64,000 nucleotides of DNA from a virus: positions 1 through 64,000 of IMG/VR virus record IMGVR_UViG_3300045988_103907. The stretch is one strand, 5' to 3'. Every line of letters starts with the position of its first letter. Positions within the stretch are counted from its first letter, which is position 1. Position numbers and translations under genes: made by a program. Positions 56,691-64,000 of this stretch are shown here, one piece after another. The notes beneath the pieces were generated by a model. It saw only the letters and a program-made list of their open reading frames with translations. It was not told the DNA's origin and made no database searches.

Positions 56691-57209
56691 TTACACCTCA
56701 CTAAAATCAACATTAGCTAATACTTCATTACCATATTCAACAAGCGCATTCCTAAACCAGTTTTCATTCTTTTTCCACCACTGCTCTGCTTGCTGCGGAG
56801 TCATTTCAATTCCATTGTCTTTTGCAATACCAATAATATCATCGGTACACCAACGTGTTTCTGCAAACCAATACTGATTTACGTCATTATCCTTTTCCTG
56901 TTCGTCTTCAATATAGTTAGGGCAATAGTTGGTGTAGAAATCCACATCAAAAAGTGTGATAGTCATATCATTTCCGCTTAATTCACGTTCAACGTCAGCT
57001 ACTTCTTCTCTGAGATACAGCTCAGACATAATACCGTCTTCATGTTCCTGAATCCATTTCTCTGTAATATTGAACTTTTTCGCCAGTTCATCAACCTCAA
57101 ACACCCATGTGCCATAATTTGTATTCTTAGTGCCATACTCTACCATATAATCAGCAATCTGACGTTCCATCATGTTGTCATCCATCTTTATTTTCCTCCT
57201 AAAATTCAA
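56691..57209 (-). CDS. Acidic hypothetical protein
   Basis: 172 aa. Confidence 0.35.
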   Translation of the reverse strand: MNFRRKIKMDDNMMERQIADYMVEYGTKNTNYGTWVFEVDELAKKFNITEKWIQEHEDGIMSELYLREEVADVERELSGNDMTITLFDVDFYTNYCPNYIEDEQEKDNDVNQYWFAETRWCTDDIIGIAKDNGIEMTPQQAEQWWKKNENWFRNALVEYGNEVLANVDFSEV

Positions 57210-58072
57210 CGTTTATCAAAGTTATAAGTGACCGTCACAACCTTTTCTGCATCACCAATACGGCATCGATCTTCCCTCAATGCCTTTTCAAGACCATAGC
57301 TTACACTGTATGTGATACCGTTTTCAAACACGTCAGAACCGATAAATCCGAATGTTCTGTCAATCTCCTTCCATTCTCCGTGTTCTTCTCGATAAAGCGT
57401 ATATCCATAGTTCTCACCGGAAAGATAATCGCTATAAGTCTTTACCTCATCACGCATGATTCGTTCTGCTTCATTTTTGGTACTATCAGAACCATCCGTA
57501 ATAGCGGTCACAATCCAGCCAACATTACTATCGTCCCATGAACCTCTGAACTGTGTATCGCAATCCATGGACAAGCCAGAATGGTCATGCAGCCAAAGAG
57601 GAAGCCATGCAATATACTTATCAAGAAGAATCTGACAATCGCGAATCGAAAACTCACCAGTAACGTATGTAACAATCTCGTTATACTTCAAACCAACATA
57701 CATCGGGTTTACCGAAACCTTTTCATTAAAAAGAGTTCCAATACCGCAGATGGCATATCTTTTTTCGTCGCTATAATTTTCATCAACAACGACACATGTA
57801 TCTTCCAGCTTCATATTAAAAAGCGCATCAAGAACTTCATCATCATAACAATATTTGTAAACCAGGTTATTCCAAAACTCTTCCGGTGTTTTTGCATCAA
57901 CCTTATCGCCCAGATTGTATCGAGAATGGAAACAGGCCATTACAGAATCGTGGTCATCCCACCAACGAGGATTATTATCCGCTTCATTATCGCGCTGGAT
58001 ATGCAAGCAATACAGATTATCGCCGTAAGTCCACTTTATTATTTCGTTGTCATAACAATACAGAGCAGTCAT
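57206..58072 (-). CDS. Hypothetical protein
   Basis: 288 aa. Confidence 0.35.
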   Translation of the reverse strand: MTALYCYDNEIIKWTYGDNLYCLHIQRDNEADNNPRWWDDHDSVMACFHSRYNLGDKVDAKTPEEFWNNLVYKYCYDDEVLDALFNMKLEDTCVVVDENYSDEKRYAICGIGTLFNEKVSVNPMYVGLKYNEIVTYVTGEFSIRDCQILLDKYIAWLPLWLHDHSGLSMDCDTQFRGSWDDSNVGWIVTAITDGSDSTKNEAERIMRDEVKTYSDYLSGENYGYTLYREEHGEWKEIDRTFGFIGSDVFENGITYSVSYGLEKALREDRCRIGDAEKVVTVTYNFDKR

Positions 58073-58090
58073 GTTTATTCTCCTTGAAGT

Positions 58091-58576
58091 TTATTCATAC
58101 CAGTAAGTTTCTTTATCGTCTTCATCGATGTCATCATGATTTGCAGCTGAATAATCTACGCCATCAATAGTGACATATTCTTCGTCGAGTTCATTCACGG
58201 CATCTGCAGTAGATTCCGACACCTCGATATCAAAAATCTCTTTTGTTTCCGTATTCACCTTGCATTTCGTAGTGACTTCAAAGCCACCGTCCCAAACAGA
58301 AGTAAACATGACATCTTTAATATTTTCAGGGTATTTCGTATCAACCACTTCGCAAATTGCAAAATCCCAGTTTCCATCGCCAAGCTCAAAATGAGCGTCC
58401 GTCACATAGGCACTGTCATTGTTGATTTCAAAATCAACTTCTGTTTCTCCGCCAGATTGACTCACGATTTGCTCAACACGTTTTCTCATCTCTGCTTGAG
58501 CCTCATCAAGAGTTTCAAAACAATCAGGTTCGAAAATTTTCCGTTCGTTAACAGCGATCAAAATATAGTTTTTCAT
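58091..58576 (-). CDS. Acidic hypothetical protein
   Basis: 161 aa, C-terminal DDIDEDDKE. Confidence 0.35.
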   Translation of the reverse strand: MKNYILIAVNERKIFEPDCFETLDEAQAEMRKRVEQIVSQSGGETEVDFEINNDSAYVTDAHFELGDGNWDFAICEVVDTKYPENIKDVMFTSVWDGGFEVTTKCKVNTETKEIFDIEVSESTADAVNELDEEYVTIDGVDYSAANHDDIDEDDKETYWYE

Positions 58577-58592
58577 ATCTAAAATCTCCCTT

Positions 58593-58784
58593 TTATAAAA
58601 TGATTCCGTAATTCTTCATTTTTTTGATTGTCTCAATAGACTTTTTAATTCCGGTTGCTTTGCCATAATACCATGTCATTCTCTCTTCATCGCCTTCTTT
58701 TTGTGCAGTGTAAGCAATATCTTGGCAATAAGAATATTCGTCCTTTAAGGCAATGATAATCTTTTTAACATCATTCATATTCAT
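58593..58784 (-). CDS. Hypothetical protein
   Basis: 63 aa. Confidence 0.25.
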   Translation of the reverse strand: MNMNDVKKIIIALKDEYSYCQDIAYTAQKEGDEERMTWYYGKATGIKKSIETIKKMKNYGIIL

Positions 58785-58791
58785 TCACCTC

Positions 58792-59064
58792 TTATGCACT
58801 AGCCTTTTCTTCAAAAGCGTCCCAATCAGACCAAATCTTATCGACCTCTCCGTTCTTAAAACCATTTTTATAATCGGTAAACTCAACATAATAGTTGCTC
58901 GTCCACTCGTTCAAAGGATGCTCATAAAAGGCTGCGATTCCACGCTTCGTTTCAACAACAAAACTATCGACCAAAACACCTTCAATATAAGCACCAGTGT
59001 ATAGTGCTTTATTCTGGTGCATCCAACGGCCAAAAGCACCCGCATTAAGATAAAACCGAGTCAT
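58792..59064 (-). CDS. Hypothetical protein
   Basis: 90 aa. Confidence 0.3.
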   Translation of the reverse strand: MTRFYLNAGAFGRWMHQNKALYTGAYIEGVLVDSFVVETKRGIAAFYEHPLNEWTSNYYVEFTDYKNGFKNGEVDKIWSDWDAFEEKASA

Positions 59065-59067
59065 AAT

Positions 59068-59388
59068 TCATTCCACCTCCATAAGTCTACTAGCTAATTC
59101 TTCCAACATTTCTTTAATAGCATCAGCGTCGTCAATAAGTTCTCTGACACTAGAAGGACAACCGCCTTCCCCACGATGTCCCACCCACATCTCTGCGTGC
59201 TCATCAGCATCAAAATCACGAGCATATTCATAAACTGATTCAGGGAAGTTCTCAACCTCCACACAAACGATTAAGTTCTCTCCTGTTGGAGAATAATTTT
59301 CAATTTCAATTCTGCCATCACCTGTATAGTCACATACGCGCCAATCCAGCGATTCCAAAACATCAATATATTTAGGATGAATTTTCAT
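59068..59388 (-). CDS. Acidic hypothetical protein
   Basis: 106 aa. Confidence 0.3.
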   Translation of the reverse strand: MKIHPKYIDVLESLDWRVCDYTGDGRIEIENYSPTGENLIVCVEVENFPESVYEYARDFDADEHAEMWVGHRGEGGCPSSVRELIDDADAIKEMLEELASRLMEVE

Positions 59389-59401
59389 AACTCATTCTCC
59401 T

Positions 59402-59650
59402 TTACTCTGCTATAATCATAGCTAGAACTGGTTCACCAGAATCCTTTAGCTGAAGTTCTAGGATATCGCCATCATCCACGACCTCACATTTGTTCAGATA
59501 ATCCTGAAGGAAGAACATCTGACATTCTTGCCAAAAGATTTCTCTCGGGTTTTCGTTCTCATCTACAAATACATCCTTGTGATGAAAAGATTCATTCCAA
59601 ACCCAACCTTCACCATCAAAACAAGCGTGAACTTCCATCAGATCCCACAT
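59402..59650 (-). CDS. Small acidic protein (MWDLME... N-terminus)
   Basis: 82 aa. Confidence 0.3.
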   Translation of the reverse strand: MWDLMEVHACFDGEGWVWNESFHHKDVFVDENENPREIFWQECQMFFLQDYLNKCEVVDDGDILELQLKDSGEPVLAMIIAE

Positions 59651-59652
59651 AA

Positions 59653-59904
59653 TCAGTCCTCCCCAAAAATATGACGCTTGTTAAGATCATCATAGATAAT
59701 ATCTTCAATTTTGTTTTTGGTATTATCATCGAGTTCTCCGTAAGGAGCATCATCAAGATAATAGAAGTAAATTTCATTTCCAAGATTCTTGTACATGACA
59801 CTTACATAAAATCCAGCTGAAATTCCATTCAGTAAAGCATATCCAATACCGTATACTTCTGAATAATTGTTACCCATTAAATCCCACATAATTAATCCTT
59901 CCAA
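59653..59904 (-). CDS. MWDL-family small protein, paralog 1
   Basis: MWDLMGNNYSEVYGIGYALL...MYKN...FGED. Confidence 0.4.
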   Translation of the reverse strand: MEGLIMWDLMGNNYSEVYGIGYALLNGISAGFYVSVMYKNLGNEIYFYYLDDAPYGELDDNTKNKIEDIIYDDLNKRHIFGED

Positions 59905-60113
59905 AAGTTGAGTTTCTTTTTGATTGTCATCTCAATTTCATCTTTATCACCGTCAGATAGAATCTTATTATCGTACTCGGAATAGCAAAACATAACGCTA
60001 CGGCCATTATATTTATACATAACCATTGCTGTTTTTAATTGTTTGTCACGAAAAAAGGTTGCGCACCCAATCCCATATTTTTTAGAATATTCATTTTCAA
60101 CTAAATCCCACAT
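59892..60113 (-). CDS. MWDL-family small protein, paralog 2
   Basis: MWDLVENEYSKKYGIGCATF...MYKY...FWKD. Confidence 0.4.
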   Translation of the reverse strand: MWDLVENEYSKKYGIGCATFFRDKQLKTAMVMYKYNGRSVMFCYSEYDNKILSDGDKDEIEMTIKKKLNFWKD

Positions 60114-60115
60114 AG

Positions 60116-60367
60116 TTAATCCTCTACAAAAATCCCTTTCTCTTTCAAATAGGCTTTTAAAATATTCTCACACGTTTTCTTTTCTAGCCGAGTGCTCACT
60201 TCTAATAGACAATAAAAGAACTCAATAGAATTTGTATCTTCATATATTTTGAACATAAGTGTTACACACCCAAGCTTATCAATATCGTAAAATACAGCAT
60301 ATCCAATCTTGTTATCATTTGAATATTGACATTTAGCTAAAACCCACATTTTATCACTCCTCCGCAT
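60116..60367 (-). CDS. MWDL-family small protein, paralog 3
   Basis: MWVLAKCQYSNDNKIGYAVF...MFKIY...FVED. Confidence 0.4.
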   Translation of the reverse strand: MRRSDKMWVLAKCQYSNDNKIGYAVFYDIDKLGCVTLMFKIYEDTNSIEFFYCLLEVSTRLEKKTCENILKAYLKEKGIFVED

Positions 60368-60563
60368 TCCTTACCGTAACATAATCAATATCTATCGGAT
60401 TCGGATTGTCAGGTTCGATTTCTCCGGCAATAAACCTATCTTTTGCAATCTCATAAGCATCATCTTTATTGTCTGCTTCAACAAACGTTGTGTAAGTAAC
60501 ACTTGTTTCAATAGTAACGTAATAGCCGTTCATTTTATACTCCTCCAACATTCTTAAATCCAT
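60354..60563 (-). CDS. Hypothetical protein
   Basis: 69 aa. Confidence 0.3.
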   Translation of the reverse strand: MDLRMLEEYKMNGYYVTIETSVTYTTFVEADNKDDAYEIAKDRFIAGEIEPDNPNPIDIDYVTVRNAEE

Positions 60564-60771
60564 AAAGGCTATAACCTTTATATTTGAAATACCGCATCGC
60601 TTTGTTAATCTGAGAAGAGCTTGCTGTCGGATGACTTTTTAGGTATGTATTCTTATATTCGCACAGCTTTTTATACTCGTCACTTTCACGATAGGTTTTC
60701 AGTTTCTCACAATGGTCGTGGCAACCAGGATAACGATCCGGTGCCACACAGTAACGACAAGGATCAGTCAT
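60535..60771 (-). CDS. Cys-rich hypothetical protein
   Basis: CRYCVAPDRYPGCHDHC; 78 aa. Confidence 0.3.
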   Translation of the reverse strand: MTDPCRYCVAPDRYPGCHDHCEKLKTYRESDEYKKLCEYKNTYLKSHPTASSSQINKAMRYFKYKGYSLYGFKNVGGV

Positions 60772-61231
60772 TTTCTGCTACCTCATCAATCCATTCTTTA
60801 ATTTCCTTCCACGAATTAAAATACATCGGAAGGCTACTCCAATTACAACAAATACGAATATCACCATTAGAGCTTTCAAGTTCATCAACCCAATATCCAT
60901 TACATTCCAACTTTTGTTTAATCTTTTCTACTCTACCAAGAGAGCTAAATACATCTGCGATGCAGTTACTCCATGCGTCGTTTTCAGGTACATTACAATC
61001 AAAATTTTCATTAAAGCACTCTGCTAATTCTTCTGCATACTCAATCGCTTCATCGTAAGAATAACCATATTTTTCTTCAATCAAGTCAATATTAAGTTCA
61101 ATCTGGTTTTTTGCATCGCTGATACGATACTGAAATTCTCTATAGCGGTAAGCTGCTTCAATCTGTTCAGGTGTCATCTCCCAAGAGTTCCCATTCCAGC
61201 TAGTCACAACAATCTTATTTTCGTTATTCAT
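60764..61231 (-). CDS. Acidic hypothetical protein
   Basis: 155 aa. Confidence 0.35.
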   Translation of the reverse strand: MNNENKIVVTSWNGNSWEMTPEQIEAAYRYREFQYRISDAKNQIELNIDLIEEKYGYSYDEAIEYAEELAECFNENFDCNVPENDAWSNCIADVFSSLGRVEKIKQKLECNGYWVDELESSNGDIRICCNWSSLPMYFNSWKEIKEWIDEVAEND

Positions 61232-61419
61232 ACTGCAAACTCCTTTTCTCTCGTAAACTTAATCACCAGCGCATTCACGTTGGCTGCTTCCATCGTGCTC
61301 GCTTTCGCATCTTCATGGTTTCCTGCTCTAAGGAACACAACAGACTGGTCAATCAGTTTTCTGCGGTAGAAACTAAGTGCTGTGAGAATCACTTTCATAT
61401 CTTTGTTGGTCATACTCAA
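61228..61419 (-). CDS. Hypothetical protein
   Basis: 63 aa. Confidence 0.25.
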   Translation of the reverse strand: MSMTNKDMKVILTALSFYRRKLIDQSVVFLRAGNHEDAKASTMEAANVNALVIKFTREKEFAV

Positions 61420-61637
61420 ATCTCCTTATCGTATTCGTACCCACCACCACAACGATTCTGAAGATACCAAAGAGCATCGTTTTGCGTTTCGTGACACGAC
61501 ACATGATAATTGAATCCGTAAGAATCATAGATAGCCAACTGATATCCACGTTGCACTGGAGCACCGTAATAAGGATGCATCATAACTTCACTAATATAAG
61601 CCGTATTCTTCGATTCCTTGCTCTTATAAACTTTCAT
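61416..61637 (-). CDS. Hypothetical protein
   Basis: 73 aa. Confidence 0.3.
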   Translation of the reverse strand: MKVYKSKESKNTAYISEVMMHPYYGAPVQRGYQLAIYDSYGFNYHVSCHETQNDALWYLQNRCGGGYEYDKEI

Positions 61638-61651
61638 AGTGTAATCTCCTT

Positions 61652-62083
61652 TTACATCATTTCGTAATAGTTATTGTAATATTTGAAAGATTTATCTGTT
61701 CTTTTATCTTCGTTGCATACAATCTTTAACGGAACCCACTTCAAAACAGTTGGTTTTCTTCTGTACACTTCACGTAAAGATAAGGTTCTACAAACATCAA
61801 TGCGATCAAAATACCATTGATTGTCTTGATAGCTGTAATAACATGAAAGGTCAACATACGTTCCGTATTCTGTACCATCACTCATAAAAACAATACACGG
61901 AACGGAAAGATATTTTGATTCTCCTAAAATCCCAAAATCAAGTTTTGGTGGAAGTTCGCTTTCTGCATCATGAATATATTTCGTTGGAATCATAGAAAAT
62001 TGTCTTTCTACTCTTTCGACGATATCCAAATAGTATGGATCGGAAAATAACGGACGATTCTTTTTATACTGTTCAAATGTCAT
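61652..62083 (-). CDS. Hypothetical protein
   Basis: 143 aa. Confidence 0.35.
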   Translation of the reverse strand: MTFEQYKKNRPLFSDPYYLDIVERVERQFSMIPTKYIHDAESELPPKLDFGILGESKYLSVPCIVFMSDGTEYGTYVDLSCYYSYQDNQWYFDRIDVCRTLSLREVYRRKPTVLKWVPLKIVCNEDKRTDKSFKYYNNYYEMM

Positions 62084-62095
62084 AATGTAACCTCC

Positions 62096-62317
62096 TTAGT
62101 CATTGTAAAAGTCATTAAGTAATTCTAAACGACACTCTTGTTCTTCCTCCTCTAACAGATCATAATATCGGTCCAAATAATCCTGTTCGTAATCTCTGAT
62201 TTCTTCTTCGAGTTTTTGCTTTTCTTCTTCGAGTCTTTGTTTTTCTTCAAAGAAAGCATCTATTCCTTCTTCGATAGGATTATCTCTTAATGGTTTCATT
62301 AGAATCTCCTTAATCAT
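62096..62317 (-). CDS. Acidic coiled-coil hypothetical protein
   Basis: 73 aa, EEKQRLEEEKQKLEEE. Confidence 0.3.
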   Translation of the reverse strand: MIKEILMKPLRDNPIEEGIDAFFEEKQRLEEEKQKLEEEIRDYEQDYLDRYYDLLEEEEQECRLELLNDFYND

Positions 62318-62335
62318 TGTAAAATATCTGTTTTA

Positions 62336-62530
62336 TTACATATCCATATCGACAGCAATGACATCTTTCAGTCCACTGTTATCAGTAATATCGAGGCCAC
62401 GGTAACAAAAAGGATTTCCCAATTCGTGCCAATCACGAAACCCAGTCTTATCATAGACACCAAAGACAAGCTCCGTGTACTCGTCGTAGCCGATCTGATT
62501 CAGACGATTGATAAATTCGATAACTTTCAT
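62336..62530 (-). CDS. Hypothetical protein
   Basis: 64 aa. Confidence 0.25.
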   Translation of the reverse strand: MKVIEFINRLNQIGYDEYTELVFGVYDKTGFRDWHELGNPFCYRGLDITDNSGLKDVIAVDMDM

Positions 62531-62558
62531 AATATTTCTCCTTTATAAAAGCATGATT

Positions 62559-62783
62559 TTAGATATTCCAAGCATCACAAAGATCTTTGGGCTTATCATT
62601 CGGCATCCATACTTTTGCATTATCATTAAGGAAGTAACAGCAACCAAAAAATCCCATAGGAGAATCACAAAGATTCTGTTCCCCATCTTTAACACCAACT
62701 TGATAAATAATATAGATAAACTCAGCAAGTTCATGCTTATCCATCCGCTTAATACGATCGTACATTGTTTCCATATCAATCAT
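62559..62783 (-). CDS. Hypothetical protein
   Basis: 74 aa; preferred over the overlapping hydrophobic frame 62543..62779. Confidence 0.3.
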   Translation of the reverse strand: MIDMETMYDRIKRMDKHELAEFIYIIYQVGVKDGEQNLCDSPMGFFGCCYFLNDNAKVWMPNDKPKDLCDAWNI

Positions 62784-62788
62784 TCCTT

Positions 62789-63178
62789 TTAGATATCACT
62801 CTCTTCGTTTTTAAGACGACACTGTTCTTGACACTTGTCATAATAATCAATAACTTCGTTAATCTTCTCAGGAGATTCTTCTCTATATTTCTTATACATC
62901 TCCACTGCCTCTTTCGCTTTACAATCGTATGCCCACCGATAAGCCTTTACAAATCTCTGCTGGCGGCGACCATAATTCTTATCCTTCTCTCTAGCTTCAT
63001 ATATCTTTTTAACAGTTCTTTTAGTGACTTTATCGTTGTTTATCGAAACTCTATGCATTACATCGGAAAACTCAAGAAACATACTTTCAGGTACATATCC
63101 ATTGTGATCTCGCATCTGTGTCCACATCTTTCCAAGCATCTGAAAGTCCTTTTTACCGATATAAGCCATACATAACAC
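62789..63178 (-). CDS. Hypothetical protein
   Basis: 129 aa. Confidence 0.35.
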   Translation of the reverse strand: MLCMAYIGKKDFQMLGKMWTQMRDHNGYVPESMFLEFSDVMHRVSINNDKVTKRTVKKIYEAREKDKNYGRRQQRFVKAYRWAYDCKAKEAVEMYKKYREESPEKINEVIDYYDKCQEQCRLKNEESDI

Positions 63179-63259
63179 TCCTTTTAATATTATTGTGTTT
63201 TCACATTCTGGTAGCGGTTATGTCTGCCCTAGTACCGCTAATCACCTAGCATCTGCTGC

Positions 63260-63508
63260 TTATACCACCCAGACTTGACTTCTTATGTAGTCCTCAATGT
63301 CTGCCGGGTATCTATTGCGCTGGATATACTGACACAGAACACGCTGCACATCTCTGTTATCGCCGTAATCCATTGCAATAGAAATATCTTCACAATGAGT
63401 GCCAACACCCAGACGCTCATACTTTCTAACCTCAAGATAGAAATCATGTGCGCTGTATCGTCTGCCGTTTTTACGGTCAAGAATCAGATCAATTATCAAA
63501 ATTTTCAC
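63260..63508 (-). CDS. Hypothetical protein
   Basis: 82 aa. Confidence 0.3.
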   Translation of the reverse strand: MKILIIDLILDRKNGRRYSAHDFYLEVRKYERLGVGTHCEDISIAMDYGDNRDVQRVLCQYIQRNRYPADIEDYIRSQVWVV

Positions 63509-63511
63509 CTC

Positions 63512-63748
63512 TTAACCAAAAATATAAATTGCTGACGTTCTGGAAGTCACGGCATAATATGTTCCGGTTTTGTATCCTTTGAGTAACATTCCATCGCAAC
63601 CATAAACACCAGAGGAATATCCGACCTGAGAAAGATAATCTTCTCTTTTGATAATCTTTTCATAATCCTCATTGTTTGCACGAGTAACATCTTCTGCCAT
63701 TCCAAGGGCAACCATATTCTTCAGTTCTTTCCGAGTGTACTTACGCAT
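63512..63748 (-). CDS. Hypothetical protein
   Basis: 78 aa. Confidence 0.3.
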   Translation of the reverse strand: MRKYTRKELKNMVALGMAEDVTRANNEDYEKIIKREDYLSQVGYSSGVYGCDGMLLKGYKTGTYYAVTSRTSAIYIFG

Positions 63749-63977
63749 TTTCTTCCATCTCCTTTACAGTCTCATCGTCCCAATGGAATCCACGCTTTTC
63801 ATAAAGCGGAATCCAATGAGATTCGTAAAAGTCGTACCCACAGCCATCAATACCGAAAACGTACTCAAAATCTTCCTGTTCGTAGATACGGAATCCGCAA
63901 TCTGCCATTTCCTGAAGATGATTTTCAAGCCACCAGTTATCACACGAATCGCCAAACTGCCACATCGTTCCCCACAT
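63741..63977 (-). CDS. Hypothetical protein
   Basis: 78 aa. Confidence 0.3.
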   Translation of the reverse strand: MWGTMWQFGDSCDNWWLENHLQEMADCGFRIYEQEDFEYVFGIDGCGYDFYESHWIPLYEKRGFHWDDETVKEMEENA

Positions 63978-64000
63978 AGGAAAGAAGTCGTCACGCTCGA

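Noticed and set aside
62543-62779. Hydrophobic 78-aa minus-strand ORF overlapping 62559..62783 in another frame
   Set aside because: It overlaps 62559..62783 almost completely. I kept 62559..62783 because it reads more like a soluble protein, but this choice is not certain.
1-64000. CRISPR arrays or large tandem repeat arrays
   Set aside because: No regularly spaced direct repeats were seen. The only repeats are the short intergenic motifs reported above.

Overview
This 64 kb window looks like the early, replication and integration arm of a large temperate phage or prophage from a low-GC anaerobic host. Essentially every credible gene is on the minus strand, tightly packed with ATGA-type overlaps. 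The long plus-strand ORFs in the track are antisense artefacts.

Reading from the low-coordinate end, the window holds:
- a tyrosine integrase with an excisionase-like HTH gene and direct repeats beside it;
- a nucleotide-metabolism set: FolD, dUTPase, the anaerobic ribonucleotide reductase genes nrdD and nrdG, and ThyX;
- two SPFH-family (band-7 / flotillin) membrane-scaffold proteins flanking nrdD;
- a DUF3310-like protein;
- many small Cys-rich or membrane ORFs with no recognisable motif.

The replication and recombination module follows:
- a ligase-like nucleotidyltransferase;
- a RecD-like helicase;
- a DnaE-type Pol III alpha;
- a metallophosphoesterase and a small HAD-like protein;
- a RecJ-like DHH exonuclease;
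- a DnaG-like primase and a DnaB-like helicase;
- a P-loop ATPase and a possible single-stranded DNA-binding protein (SSB).

Beyond that come:
- adjacent Dam-like and C5-cytosine methyltransferase genes;
- a tRNA island of at least five tRNAs plus degenerate tRNA-like elements;
- an HNH homing-endonuclease reading frame interrupted by two in-frame TAG codons;
- a Pnkp-like kinase / phosphatase / ligase RNA-repair enzyme.

The high-coordinate part carries:
- a MazF/PemK-like toxin;
- a SleB-like cell-wall hydrolase;
- a DUF262 / ParB-like protein;
- a CX5R dual-specificity-phosphatase-like protein;
- a second tyrosine recombinase;
- a Bro-N / antirepressor-like protein;
- a long run of small acidic early-type ORFs, including a tandem paralog family.

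The strongest signals are these:
- No TAG stop codon occurs among the ~95 minus-strand genes; TAG appears only as two in-frame codons inside the HNH gene. This is compatible with amber recoding or suppression.
- Two of the tRNAs have unusual long variable arms.
- An intergenic motif, GTATCCTGT(A/G)T(A/T)ATATAG, recurs.
- A transmembrane-protein coding region sits in frame directly after a TGA stop and has no canonical start codon.

All calls are by eye from motifs and the ORF track. No searches were run.
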